Shown in pieces: positions 53,058-64,000 of a stretch of DNA of 64,000 nt. Position numbers and translations under genes: made by a program. The notes under the pieces are model-generated. The model was not told the DNA's origin and made no database searches. It saw only the letters and a program-made list of their open reading frames with translations. The stretch is from Eledone cirrhosa (taxonomy: Eukaryota): NCBI GenBank assembly GCA_964016885.1, contig OZ024758.1:15252001-15316000 (forward strand). The letters run 5' to 3'. The stretch's first letter is position 1. The number at the start of each line of letters is the position of its first letter.

Positions 53058-53350
53058 ATGCCTCCACACCCCCCACCGCAGGGTGGTCGTGGAGGTGCCA
53101 CGGCAAAAAAGCACCCAGCCCACACTGTAAAGTGGACGTGTAGGCGCCACGAAAAAAGTACCCAGCACTCACTGTAAATGAGGTTGGTGTTAGGAAGGGC
53201 ATCCAGCTGTATAAATCGAGCCAGATCAGTTCCTGTATGAGCAAGGCATGGTCAGCCGACCAGACACTGCACACAACAGGGCAACCCGTCTAACCCATGC
53301 TAGCGTGGAAGAACGAACGTAAAACGGTGATGATGATGATGATGATGATG
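53058..53350 (+). mobile_element. RTE subfamily-1 3' UTR
   Basis: Inverted homolog of 23196-23480. Confidence 0.85.
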
Positions 53351-53439
53351 TGATATTGTCGTACCTATACCAGCTGTTACACTGGTGCTAAGGTAGCTAT
53401 GACGTACATGATCACAATTTAAAATACAGTAAGCCTAAA

Positions 53440-55245
53440 TGTCATCATCATCATCACTGTTTAATGTCCATTTTTCCACGCTAGCATGAGTTAAACAAGT
53501 TTTCTCATTGTGAGACAAATCAGATCATATGACTCTTTCTCATACAGAACTGTTTCTGGCTTTGTCTCTCTGACTGGATGCCCTTCCTAATGCCAACCAC
53601 ATTGTAATGGGTGCTTTTTGTTGTGACACCAACACAACCACTTGACAGTGTGTACTGGGTGCTTTTTGTTGTGACACCAACACAACCACTTGACAGTTGG
53701 TACTGGGTGCTTTTTGTTGTGACACCAACACAACCACTTGACAGTGTGTACTGGGCGCTTTTTTGTGGTGGTACCAAAATAACCACTTTACTGTGTGGAT
53801 TAGGTGCTTTTTGTTGTGACACCAACACAACCACTTGACAGTGTGTACTGGGCCCCTTTTTGTTGTGGTACCAAAATAACCACTTTACTGTGTGGATTAG
53901 GTGCTTTTTGTTGTGACACCAACACAACCACTTGACAGTGTGTACTGGGCCCCTTTTTGTTGTGGTACCTAAATAACCACTTTACTGTGCGGATTAGGTG
54001 CTTTTTGTTGTGACACCAACACAACCACTTGACAGTGTGTACTGGGCGCTTTTTTGTTGTGGTACCAAAATAACCACTTTACTGTGTGGATTAGGTGCTT
54101 TTTGTTGTGACACCAACACAACCACTTGACAGTGTGTACTGGGCCCCTTTTTGTTGTGGTACCAAAATAACCACTTTACTGTGTGGATTAGGTGCTTTTT
54201 GTTGTGACACCAACACAACCACTTGACAGTGTGTACTGGGCGCTTTTTTGTGATGGTACCAAAATAACCACTTTACTGTGTGGATTAGGTGCTTTTTGTT
54301 GTGACACCAACACAACCACTTGACAGTGTGTACTGGGCGCTTTTTTGTTGTGGTACCAAAATAACCACTTTACTGTGTGGATTAGGTGCTTTTTGTTGTG
54401 ACACCAACACAACCACTTGACAGTGTGTACTGGGCGCTTTTTTGTTGTGGTACCAAAATAACCACTTTACTGTGTGGATTAGGTGCTTTTTGTTGTGACA
54501 CCAACACAACCACTTGACAGTGTGTACTGGGCGCTTTTTTGTGGTGGTACCAAAATAACCACTTTACTGTGTGGATTAGGTGCTTTTTGTTGTGACACCA
54601 ACACAACCACTTGACAGTGTGTACTGGGCGCTTTTTTGTTGTGGTACCAAAATAACCACTTTACTGTGTGGATTAGGTGCTTTTTGTTGTGACACCAACA
54701 CAACCACTTGACAGTGTGTACTGGGCGCTTTTTTGTTGTGGTACCAAAATAACCACTTTACTGTGTGGATTAGGTGCTTTTTGTTGTGACACCAAAACGA
54801 CCACTTTACAGGGTGGGCTAGGTGCTTTTTCTCATGTTACTAACACAACCACTTCACAATGTGGACTGGGCACATTTCATCATGTCACCAGCATGATCAC
54901 TTTACAGGGTGGGCTAAGTGCTTTTTGTTGTCACCAACATGACTGCTTTACAGTGTAGACTGGGCACTTTTTCTCATGTCACCAATACGACCACTTTACA
55001 GTGTGTACTAGGCGATTTTTGTTGTCACCAACATAATTGCTTTACAGTGTGGGCTAGGCGCTTTTTGTTGTCACCAACATAATTGCTTTACAGTGTGGGC
55101 TAGGCGCTTTTTGTTGTCACCAACATAATTGCTTTACAGTGTGTACTGGGCGCTTTTTGTTGTGTCACCAACACAACTGCTTTACAGTGTTGACTGGGCT
55201 TTTTTTCTCATGTCACCAACACAACCACTTTATAGCATGGACTGG
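53440..55245 (-). repeat. RTE 3'-UTR copy whose ~48-bp internal repeat has expanded, including a 97-bp dimeric higher-order array (~53710-54790)
   Basis: ORF-track period of 97 bp (53994, 54091, 54188...); (CAT)n tail and ggatgcccttcctaa at left. Confidence 0.9.
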
Positions 55246-55744
55246 TTATATAAACATACTGTATATGAGCTTATATATCCTTTTATTCTGAATCATGCTG
55301 TGTTAGTGTTATTTGTAATTCATCCTTAAGATACCAAACCACCAGAGACTACTCTTAGTTCTTTAATAAAGACTCTTGTTTTAATGTGTTAATATTTATA
55401 TTAGTATTTCATATTATAGAGAAATCTTTTATTATATTCTAAACATCAATTTGATATACCAATAAATAGAAAAAGCCAGCTAGCTTTAGATTTATTAAAT
55501 CCCTCCAAATTTATGATTATTTTCAAAATTAATTAAAACAGGCAATTTGGTTTTTTTTATCAAAAGTTATGGTCACAAAAATATTAAGTTACTTTTTATT
55601 AAATCTCTCACCAAAATATAATTTAGTTTGGTTTACCAATATTACTATTTTTATTGAAACAAGAATAATTCAGGCATTGATCACTTAATAAAGTTATCAT
55701 AGAATTGAGATTGTTTTGTAAGTATTTATTTTTGTTTGGTCAGT

Positions 55745-56020
55745 GGAGGCGAGTAGCCTAGTGGTAAGGGTGTTGGACTTAAGATAATAATGTTTTGGGT
55801 TCGATTCCTGGGCTGGGTTGTGTGTTGTGTTCTTGAGCAAAACATTTCATTTCACGTTGCTCCAGTATACTCAGCTGAAAATGAGTATTGGGAGTTTATC
55901 ATTGTGATGGACTGGCGTCCTGTCCCAAAGGGGAAGTCTTGTACTCTCAGTTGCTTTACGCCATGAAACCGGGATAAGCACTGGCCTAATGAGCCTACTT
56001 GCTTAAGACAGACTTTAGAC
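55745..56020 (+). mobile_element. Full-length SINE-C
   Basis: A box tagcctagtgg, B box gggttcgattcc, V-domain-like tgatggactggcgtcctgtcc, tail gacttta. Confidence 0.8.
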
Positions 56021-56514
56021 TTAAACTGGAAGAGGCATTACTCATGGTCTTCAACTGGCCTTCTGGGGCCAATGAGACCGGGGCCATTAATATTTCTTCC
56101 TCTGAAACTATTGTAAGAAACTATTGGAGCTGTAGAAAGAAACATATGCAGGGAGAGGGATTCCTAGAAAATACTGGGCTTGGGGTCCCTGAATGGAGTT
56201 GGCATCAGACCAGCCTGCTCCTAAGGGCAGAGGGGGATTTAGGAATTTGAGAAACAAAATAAAACAAACTAGATATACAGAGATAAGTGAATATGAAAAT
56301 TTAAAGAATAAATAAAATAAAGTTTAAAAAAATACATTAAATAGGGAAGGCTAGGGTGGGGGGTAAAATATGAAAAAAGGATAAAGAAAAAATGGAAAGC
56401 AAGAGGAACTGTAAAGCAGCTAGAAGGTTCTGTTGAATCTTTTCCTCACCTCCATATACACAAAGATTTTGTTTATAGTTGGTAGATCTTTTACAATATA
56501 TTGTACTTTTATTA

Positions 56515-57575
56515 TATACCCTTTAGTATTTAAACTGGCCATATCCAGCCAGAATTCTCTCACCTCTTTCTGTTCAAACCGGCCATAACCGGCGACACAT
56601 ACTGACATTAAGGTATTGTTCTCAAAATAAATAATGACATTATCAAAATCTCATAGATTCAATATTATGTGAGATAAAGCCTTTTCCATGAAAATATAAT
56701 ATTAAATATAGAGTAATGTAAATACTAAAGGGTTAAAGTAAACTCCTTTTTAGTATTAATTAACCCTTATGTTTGTTATTAAATCCCTAATCAATCCCTA
56801 ATCAAGCAGACCTATGAGTGAAGGCATTTCAGCCATTATCATTTTGTTTCTTGTATATCTTGGACTATAATGTCCAATATGTCTTTTACTTTTTTTTTTA
56901 CCCTGCTGATACCTTCCTGAAACTTCTGGACCTCCAATACAGAACTATTTGTTTTAAGATGTTTATATTTATCTACAAACTCTCTATCTTAATTTTATAT
57001 AAGACTTGAGAATAATGAAAAAATTCTATATTTTCAAAATGATTTGGAAATCATCTGCAGTATCTTTCATCAGAAATATAGTAAGAAAAGGGTTAACCCT
57101 TTAGCATTTAAACCAGCTGTATCCGGCCAGAATTCTCTCACTTCTTTCTGTTTAAACTAGCTGTAACTGGCCACTCATACTGGTTTCAAGGTATTGTTCT
57201 CAAAATGATTTTTAAAATCTCGTAGATTCGATATTATGTGAGATAATTATGTAAGGTAAAGCTTTTACCTTGAAAATATAATAGTGAATATAGAGTAATG
57301 TAAATGCTGAAGGGTAAACCTTTTTGATACCATTCTGTCCAAAACTACCTCTGTTTCTATAAAACAAAACCACCCATTTTACAAAGTTCTTACTTAAATT
57401 AAAACCTTCAAATTTAATTTTATATAAGAACATTTCATTGTTACAAATACCATCTAAATTAAATTAAATTAAATTAAATTAAATTAAATTAAATCATTTT
57501 GTAAATCCTTCTCAAATTCTTAATTAATTAAAATACAAAATATTTGATTAAAAATGCAATAACAAAATAGTTAAT
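56515..57575. mobile_element. MITE-1 / MITE-2 / MITE-1 / MITE-2 cluster joined at TTAA-like sites
   Basis: Junctions aagaaaagggTTAAccctttagc (57093) and ctgaagggtaaacctttttgatacc (~57315). Confidence 0.75.
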
Positions 57576-57799
57576 AACCTTTTATGTATCACTGCATGGT
57601 CCACTCCCTTCACCTGTTCATGACAAACTGTAGAATGCTAAGTCTAACAATGTTTAATGTTCTCTTGTGATAATTCCCACCTCACATACACATTCTTCAT
57701 ATAACCAAGACTGTTTTATAAGATGGTGTTTCTTCTTGAGGAATGGCAAACATTTTATCTGAAAAATGTAACTGCAAACATGTCTGGGATGAGACGTTC

Positions 57800-58258
57800 A
57801 TCACACATGAATACACTTACATACATGAATACACACACACACACACACACTTACATACATGAATACACACACACACACACACTTACATACATGAATACAC
57901 ACACACACACTTACATACAGGAATACACACACACACACACACACTTACATACAGGAATACACACACACACTTACATACATGAATACACACACACACACTT
58001 ACATACATGAATACACACACACACACTTACATACAGGAATACACACACACACACTTACATACAGGAATACACACACACACACACACTTACATACAGGAAT
58101 ACACACACACACACTTACATACATGAATACACACACACACACACACACACACACACTTACATACATGAATACACACACACACTTACATACATGAATACAT
58201 ACAGGAATACACACACACACTTACATACAGGAATACACACACACACTTACATACATGA

Positions 58259-58296
<38 letters not shown>

Positions 58297-58726
58297 ACAT
58301 ACATGAATACACACACACTTACATACATGAATACACACACACACACGCATGAATACACACAGGAATACACACGTACACTTACATACATGAATACACACAC
58401 ACACATACATGAATACACACAGGAATACACACACACATACGAATACACACATGAATACATATGAATACACATACACACATGAATACACATACACGTGAAT
58501 ATACACACACACACGCGCAAACACACGAATGCACATACATACACATGAATACACACATACGTGTGTGTAGACACACACATTCACACGCACGCACACACAT
58601 GAATAAACATACACATGAATACACACATACACAAACACGAATGGACATACATACACATGAATACACACATACGTGTGTAGACACATTCACACGCACGCAC
58701 ACATTAATAAACATACACACGCACAC

Positions 58727-58776
<50 letters not shown>

Positions 58777-58790
58777 ATATACACACACAG
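57800..58790. repeat. (CA)n compound microsatellite (acacttacatacatgaat units)
   Basis: Direct inspection. Confidence 0.95.
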
Positions 58791-58977
58791 ATGCAACAAT
58801 TTTCCAGAGTATAGTCCCCACAATGCAGATAACTACTACTACTAATTGTAACTTGTCACCCTCTAATACAAAATGGTAGTTATATTCTTTACTTACAGCC
58901 GTAGCTATTTATCAAACATCTAATTGGTTTCTCTGACAAACTCTTCCAAGTATTCTTCTAACTTCCATACTATTTAT

Positions 58978-59387
58978 TACCCTTTAGCATTTAAACCGGT
59001 CATATCCGGTCAGAATTCTTTCACCACTTTCTGTTCAAACTGGCCATAATCGGCCACTCATACTGATGTTAAAGTATTGTTTTCAAAATATCAAAATCTC
59101 ATAGATTCAATATTATGTGAGGTAAAACCTTTACCGTAAAAATATAATATATATAGAGTAATTGTTTCTACTTTAGGTACAAGGCCAGCAATTACCCAGT
59201 GCATTACTGGTACTTTATTTTATCGACCCCGTAAGGATGAAAGGCAAAGTCAACCTCGGCGGGATTTGAACTCGGATCGTAAAGGGACGTAACTATGCTG
59301 GAAAGCATGGCATCCGACCCTCTACCGATACTGCCAATCCACCGCCCTTTAATATATATAGAGTAATGTAAATGTTAAAGGGTTAAA
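58978..59387 (-). mobile_element. MITE-1 with nested full-length SINE-A (59163-59349)
   Basis: 17-18 bp TSD aatatatatagagtaat at 59146-59162 and 59351-59367. Confidence 0.9.
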
Positions 59388-60599
59388 CCGACTATATCCA
59401 GCCAGAATTCTTTTACCACTTTCTGTTTAAACCGGCTGCTCATACTTATGTTAAGGTATTGTTCTCAAAATAAATATCAAAATCTCGTAGATTCAATGTT
59501 ATGCGAGGTAATGTGTTTAATGTGAAAATACAATAGTATACAAGAGTAATCGTCATCATCGATTAACGTCTATCTTCCATGCTAGCATGGGTCAGACGGG
59601 TCCCATTTAGAGGCAAGTAGGATCAGGTGACCGTATCTCGCTCATATAGGGGTGTTTCTGGCTGGTTTTCTACGGCTGGATGCCCTTCCTAACGCCAACC
59701 ACATTGACAGTGTGTGCTGGGTGTAAATTTATATTTTATATAATAACCCCCTCCCCCGCCTTGCCTCTCTCCTTTCCAAATGTTGCAACACTCTTTGATT
59801 TTTTTTTTCACCATATATTTTCGTAGATTTTTTTACTACCTCTCTTCCATCATTTTAACTCATTCATCTCACAAGTGGACTGACACTCGGACACACGGAC
59901 AGACATAATTCAACTTTTATTTATATAGATTTTTTTTTTTATATACACATTCTAACATTCTAAGAAAATGTCACCCAGTTGTTGCTGTTAGAGTTTTCCA
60001 ATTAAATTTAAAATGAAGGAATAAAATACTACGACTGCTGCAAGTAATGATCTGTAGTTTCTAATTTTAAATTACGATCAGGAATTCTGATTTTTTTTTG
60101 GTTAATTTGTAGTTTCTGCTATTTATTTCTTACAGACTATATTATACCCTAATATTAATTTGGATGTTGATAAATGTTTATTAACTTGAAATGTTTTCAA
60201 GTTGCAAACAAAACAAAACAATTGGTTGTTTAGTTGGTAAGAAATAAATAAAACATTGGTGTTAATTATTGTCATTAATTTTCCTTACATTGTGGACATA
60301 GTGAAGTCATTTACATTTATTTTACCTGACCAAGATACTCTCATGGAATGACCAAATGAGGTTTATTTTTCAACATAGTCACTAGAAAGAAACACTGCAG
60401 TTATTAATAAGAGTTGAAATTAATGCATGCAGGATTTCACAGCTCCAGCATTGCTACTTTATAGTCAGCCTATGAATTTTTCACCCTACCCTCATATATG
60501 TATGTATATGTGTGTGTGTGTATATATCATCATCACACGTCCGTTCTTCCACGCTAGCATGGGTTAGTGTCCTGTTGTGGGCAGTGTCTGGTCATATGT

Positions 60600-60630
60600 A
60601 TATTTATATATATATATGTATATATATATG

Positions 60631-60661
<31 letters not shown>

Positions 60662-60852
60662 GTATATTTATATATATATGTATATTTATATATATATGTA
60701 TATTTATATATATATGTATATTTATATATATATGTATATTTATATATATATATATATGTATATTTATTTATATATATATATGTATATTTATTTATATATA
60801 TATATGTATATTTATATATATATATATGTATATTTATATATATATATATGTA

Positions 60853-60897
<45 letters not shown>

Positions 60898-61159
60898 TTA
60901 TATATATTTATATATATATATTTATATATGTATATTTATATATATATATATGTATATTTATTTATATATATATATATATATGTATATTTATTTATATATA
61001 TATATATATTATATTTATATATGTATAGATATATATAAATATGTATAGATATATATAAATATGTATATTTATATATATATATGTATATTTATATGTATAT
61101 TTATATATATATATATATGTATATTTATATATGTATAGATATATATAAATATGTATATT

Positions 61160-61192
<33 letters not shown>

Positions 61193-61219
61193 GTATAGAT
61201 ATATATAAATATGTATATT

Positions 61220-61252
<33 letters not shown>

Positions 61253-61279
61253 GTATAGATATATATAAATATGTATATT

Positions 61280-61312
<33 letters not shown>

Positions 61313-62665
61313 GTATATGTATATTTATATATATGTATATTTATATATATATATATGTATAGATATATATATATTTATATATATATATATATGTATATTT
61401 ATATATATGTATATTTATATATATGTATATTTATATATATATATTTATATATATATATATGTATATTTATATATATATATATGTATAGATATATATATTT
61501 ATATATATATATATGTATATTTATATATATGTATATTTATATATATATATGTATAGATATATATATATATGTATATTTATATATATATATGTATAGATAT
61601 ATATATATATGTATATTTATATATATGTATATGTATATATATATATGTATAGATATATATGTATATTTATATATATATATGTATAGATATATATGTATAT
61701 TTATATATATATATGTATAGATATATATGTATATTTATGTATATATATATATGTATAGATATATATATATATATATGTATAGATATATATGTATATTTAT
61801 AGATATATATGTATAGATATATATATATATATATGTATAGATATATATATATGTATATTTATATATATATATATATATATGTATATTTATATATATATGT
61901 ATATTTATATATATGTATATATATATGTATATTTATATATATGTATATATATATGTATATTTATATATATGTATATATATATATATGTATATATGTATAT
62001 GTATATTTATATATATGTATATTTATATATATGTATATATATATGTATATTTATATATATGTATATGTATATTTATATATATATATATATATGTATATTT
62101 ATATATATATGTATATTTATATATATATTTATATGTATATTTATATATATATGTATATTTATATATATATTTATATATATATGTATATTTATATATATAT
62201 ATATATATGTATATTTATATATATATATATATGTATATTTATATACATATATATATGTATATTATATATATATATATATGTATATTTATATATATATATA
62301 TATGTATATTTATATATATATATATATGTATATTTATATATATATATATATGTATATTTATATATATATATATATGTATATTTATATATATATATATATG
62401 TATATTTATATATATATATATATGTATATTTATATATATATATATATATATATGTATATTTATATATATATATATATATATATGTATATTTATATATATA
62501 TATATATATATATGTATATTTATATATATATATATATGTATATTTATATATATATATATGTATATTTATATATATATATATGTATATTTATATATATATA
62601 TATATATATATGTATATTTATATATATGTATAGATATATGCATATATATATATATATATATATAT
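60600..62665. repeat. 2-kb (TA)n-rich compound microsatellite
   Basis: Direct inspection. Confidence 0.95.
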
Positions 62666-62720
62666 TTCGTTTCTGAATTTGTTTAGCAAGATTCTTTATC
62701 TGAAAACGTGTGTTGAAACC

Positions 62721-62975
62721 AATATTGTTATACTTTGGGAGGGTCATGTTGCCAATAACAAACAAAGAAAAGAATCCCCAGTCACTGAAGAGGTCACAAA
62801 ATGTGTGACGAAAGAACTTTGACAATATATGAACAACCGTCCGGTTGTGGAACCAACCAACCAACCGGAAATTTATAAATTCCTAAATTTATAAATTTAT
62901 TATAAATTGAAGTGAAAGCAACTGGTGCGTGTGTTTCTTATTGGCAACATGACCCTCCCAAAGTATAACAATATA
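62721..62975. mobile_element. Penelope-like fragment with ~43-bp inverted ends
   Basis: atattgttatactttgggagggtcatgttgccaataa / ttattggcaacatgaccctcccaaagtataacaatat. Confidence 0.7.
62781..62823 (+). ncRNA. Minimal type I hammerhead ribozyme motif
   Basis: gtca-CUGAAGA-g-gtcaca/aaatg/tgtgac-GAAA-gaac-UU-tgac; stem I gtca/tgac. Confidence 0.65.
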
Positions 62976-63119
62976 TATATATGTATATATATATCACTAT
63001 TTAATGCCGCTTTTCCATGCTGGCATGGGTTAGACTAGTTATCCTGCTGTGAGCAATGCCAGGTCATGTGACCATGTTTTGCTCATACAGGACTAATTTT
63101 GGCTTGGTTTCTATGGCTT

Positions 63120-63415
63120 GGTCGATAAAATAAAGTGCCAGTAATGCGCTGGGGTCCATTTAATTGACTTTCCCCTTCCCCCATATTACTGACCTTGTGC
63201 CTAAAGTAAAAACAGTTATTATTATATTATTTCAGTGGATTGGCAGTATCGGTAGAGGGTTGGACGCCATGCTTTCCAGCATAGTTATGTCCCTTTACGA
63301 TCTGAGTTCAAATCCCGCCGAGGTTGACTTTGCCTTTCATCCTTACGGGGTCGATAAAATAAAGTACCAGTAATGCACTGGGTAATTGCTTGCCTTGTGC
63401 CAAAAGTAGAAACAA
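63120..63415 (+). mobile_element. Two tandem SINE-A copies
   Basis: SINE-A consensus motifs and ATT tails. Confidence 0.85.
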
Positions 63416-63788
63416 TTATATTATATTATATAAAATTATAATTGTTTCTACTTTTGGCACAATTATATAAAATTATAATGGAATGTTTTTAGATAAAGTT
63501 TTATATCAGAGACCTGAGGGTAGTTTGGTGTCAAAAGGGTTAAATCTATTAAATTAGAAGTTTGTTTTTCCTCTTCAAAAACAGTTTCCATTCTGTTTTT
63601 CTCTTTTGAAATTATCACTTGATAACATTCCAAACTTTTACTTTTTATCTTCATTTCACAGTGTATTCAATAAAACAGACATTGTAATGTACTCTCCATG
63701 TGAAAATTACCTGGTTACTAAATATATAATGTATTAAACATTAGCTCCATACTTCTTCTCTACTACATGAACTTTCATTCACCTCTAA

Positions 63789-64000
63789 TTAACCCTTTAG
63801 CATTTACATTACTCTATATTTACTATTGTATTTTCACAGTAAAGGCTTTACCTCATATAATATCTACATTACTCTATATTTATTATTGTATGTTCACATA
63901 AAAGGCTTTACCTCAATTATCTCACATAATATCTCACATAGCATTTACATTACTCTATATATACTATTGTATTTTCACATAAAAGGCTTTATTTCACATA
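63789..64000 (+). mobile_element. MITE-1 left end, tandemly triplicated, running off the window
   Basis: ttaaccctttagcatttacattactctat; tacattactctatat recurs three times. Confidence 0.8.

Overview
AT-rich, repeat-saturated eukaryotic DNA, most likely intronic/intergenic. The repeat repertoire resembles an invertebrate, probably octopus-like cephalopod genome (inference from pattern recognition, no search run). No prokaryotic operons, CRISPR arrays or rRNA are present, and nearly all long ORFs in the track are (TA)n/(CA)n artefacts. Supported content: about 20 copies of a ~210-bp TTAA-flanked piggyBac-type MITE plus a second ~250-bp MITE family, three tRNA-headed SINE families, decayed RTE-clade LINE fragments, Tc1/mariner, pogo/Tigger, hAT and Helitron non-autonomous elements, and many mini/microsatellites (several built from TE pieces). 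There is one good candidate 60-bp coding exon (28308-28367, +) and a consensus RFX X-box. Most notable: (i) several minimal type I hammerhead-ribozyme motifs inside (TA)n-flanked, inverted-arm, Penelope-like elements of three unrelated families; (ii) one SINE family inserted three separate times at the same nucleotide of the piggyBac-type MITE; (iii) a SINE and its probable partner RTE LINE in the same window; (iv) LINE-derived satellites, including a 97-bp higher-order repeat. Coordinates were counted by eye, and element boundaries are approximate unless a TSD/TIR is quoted.
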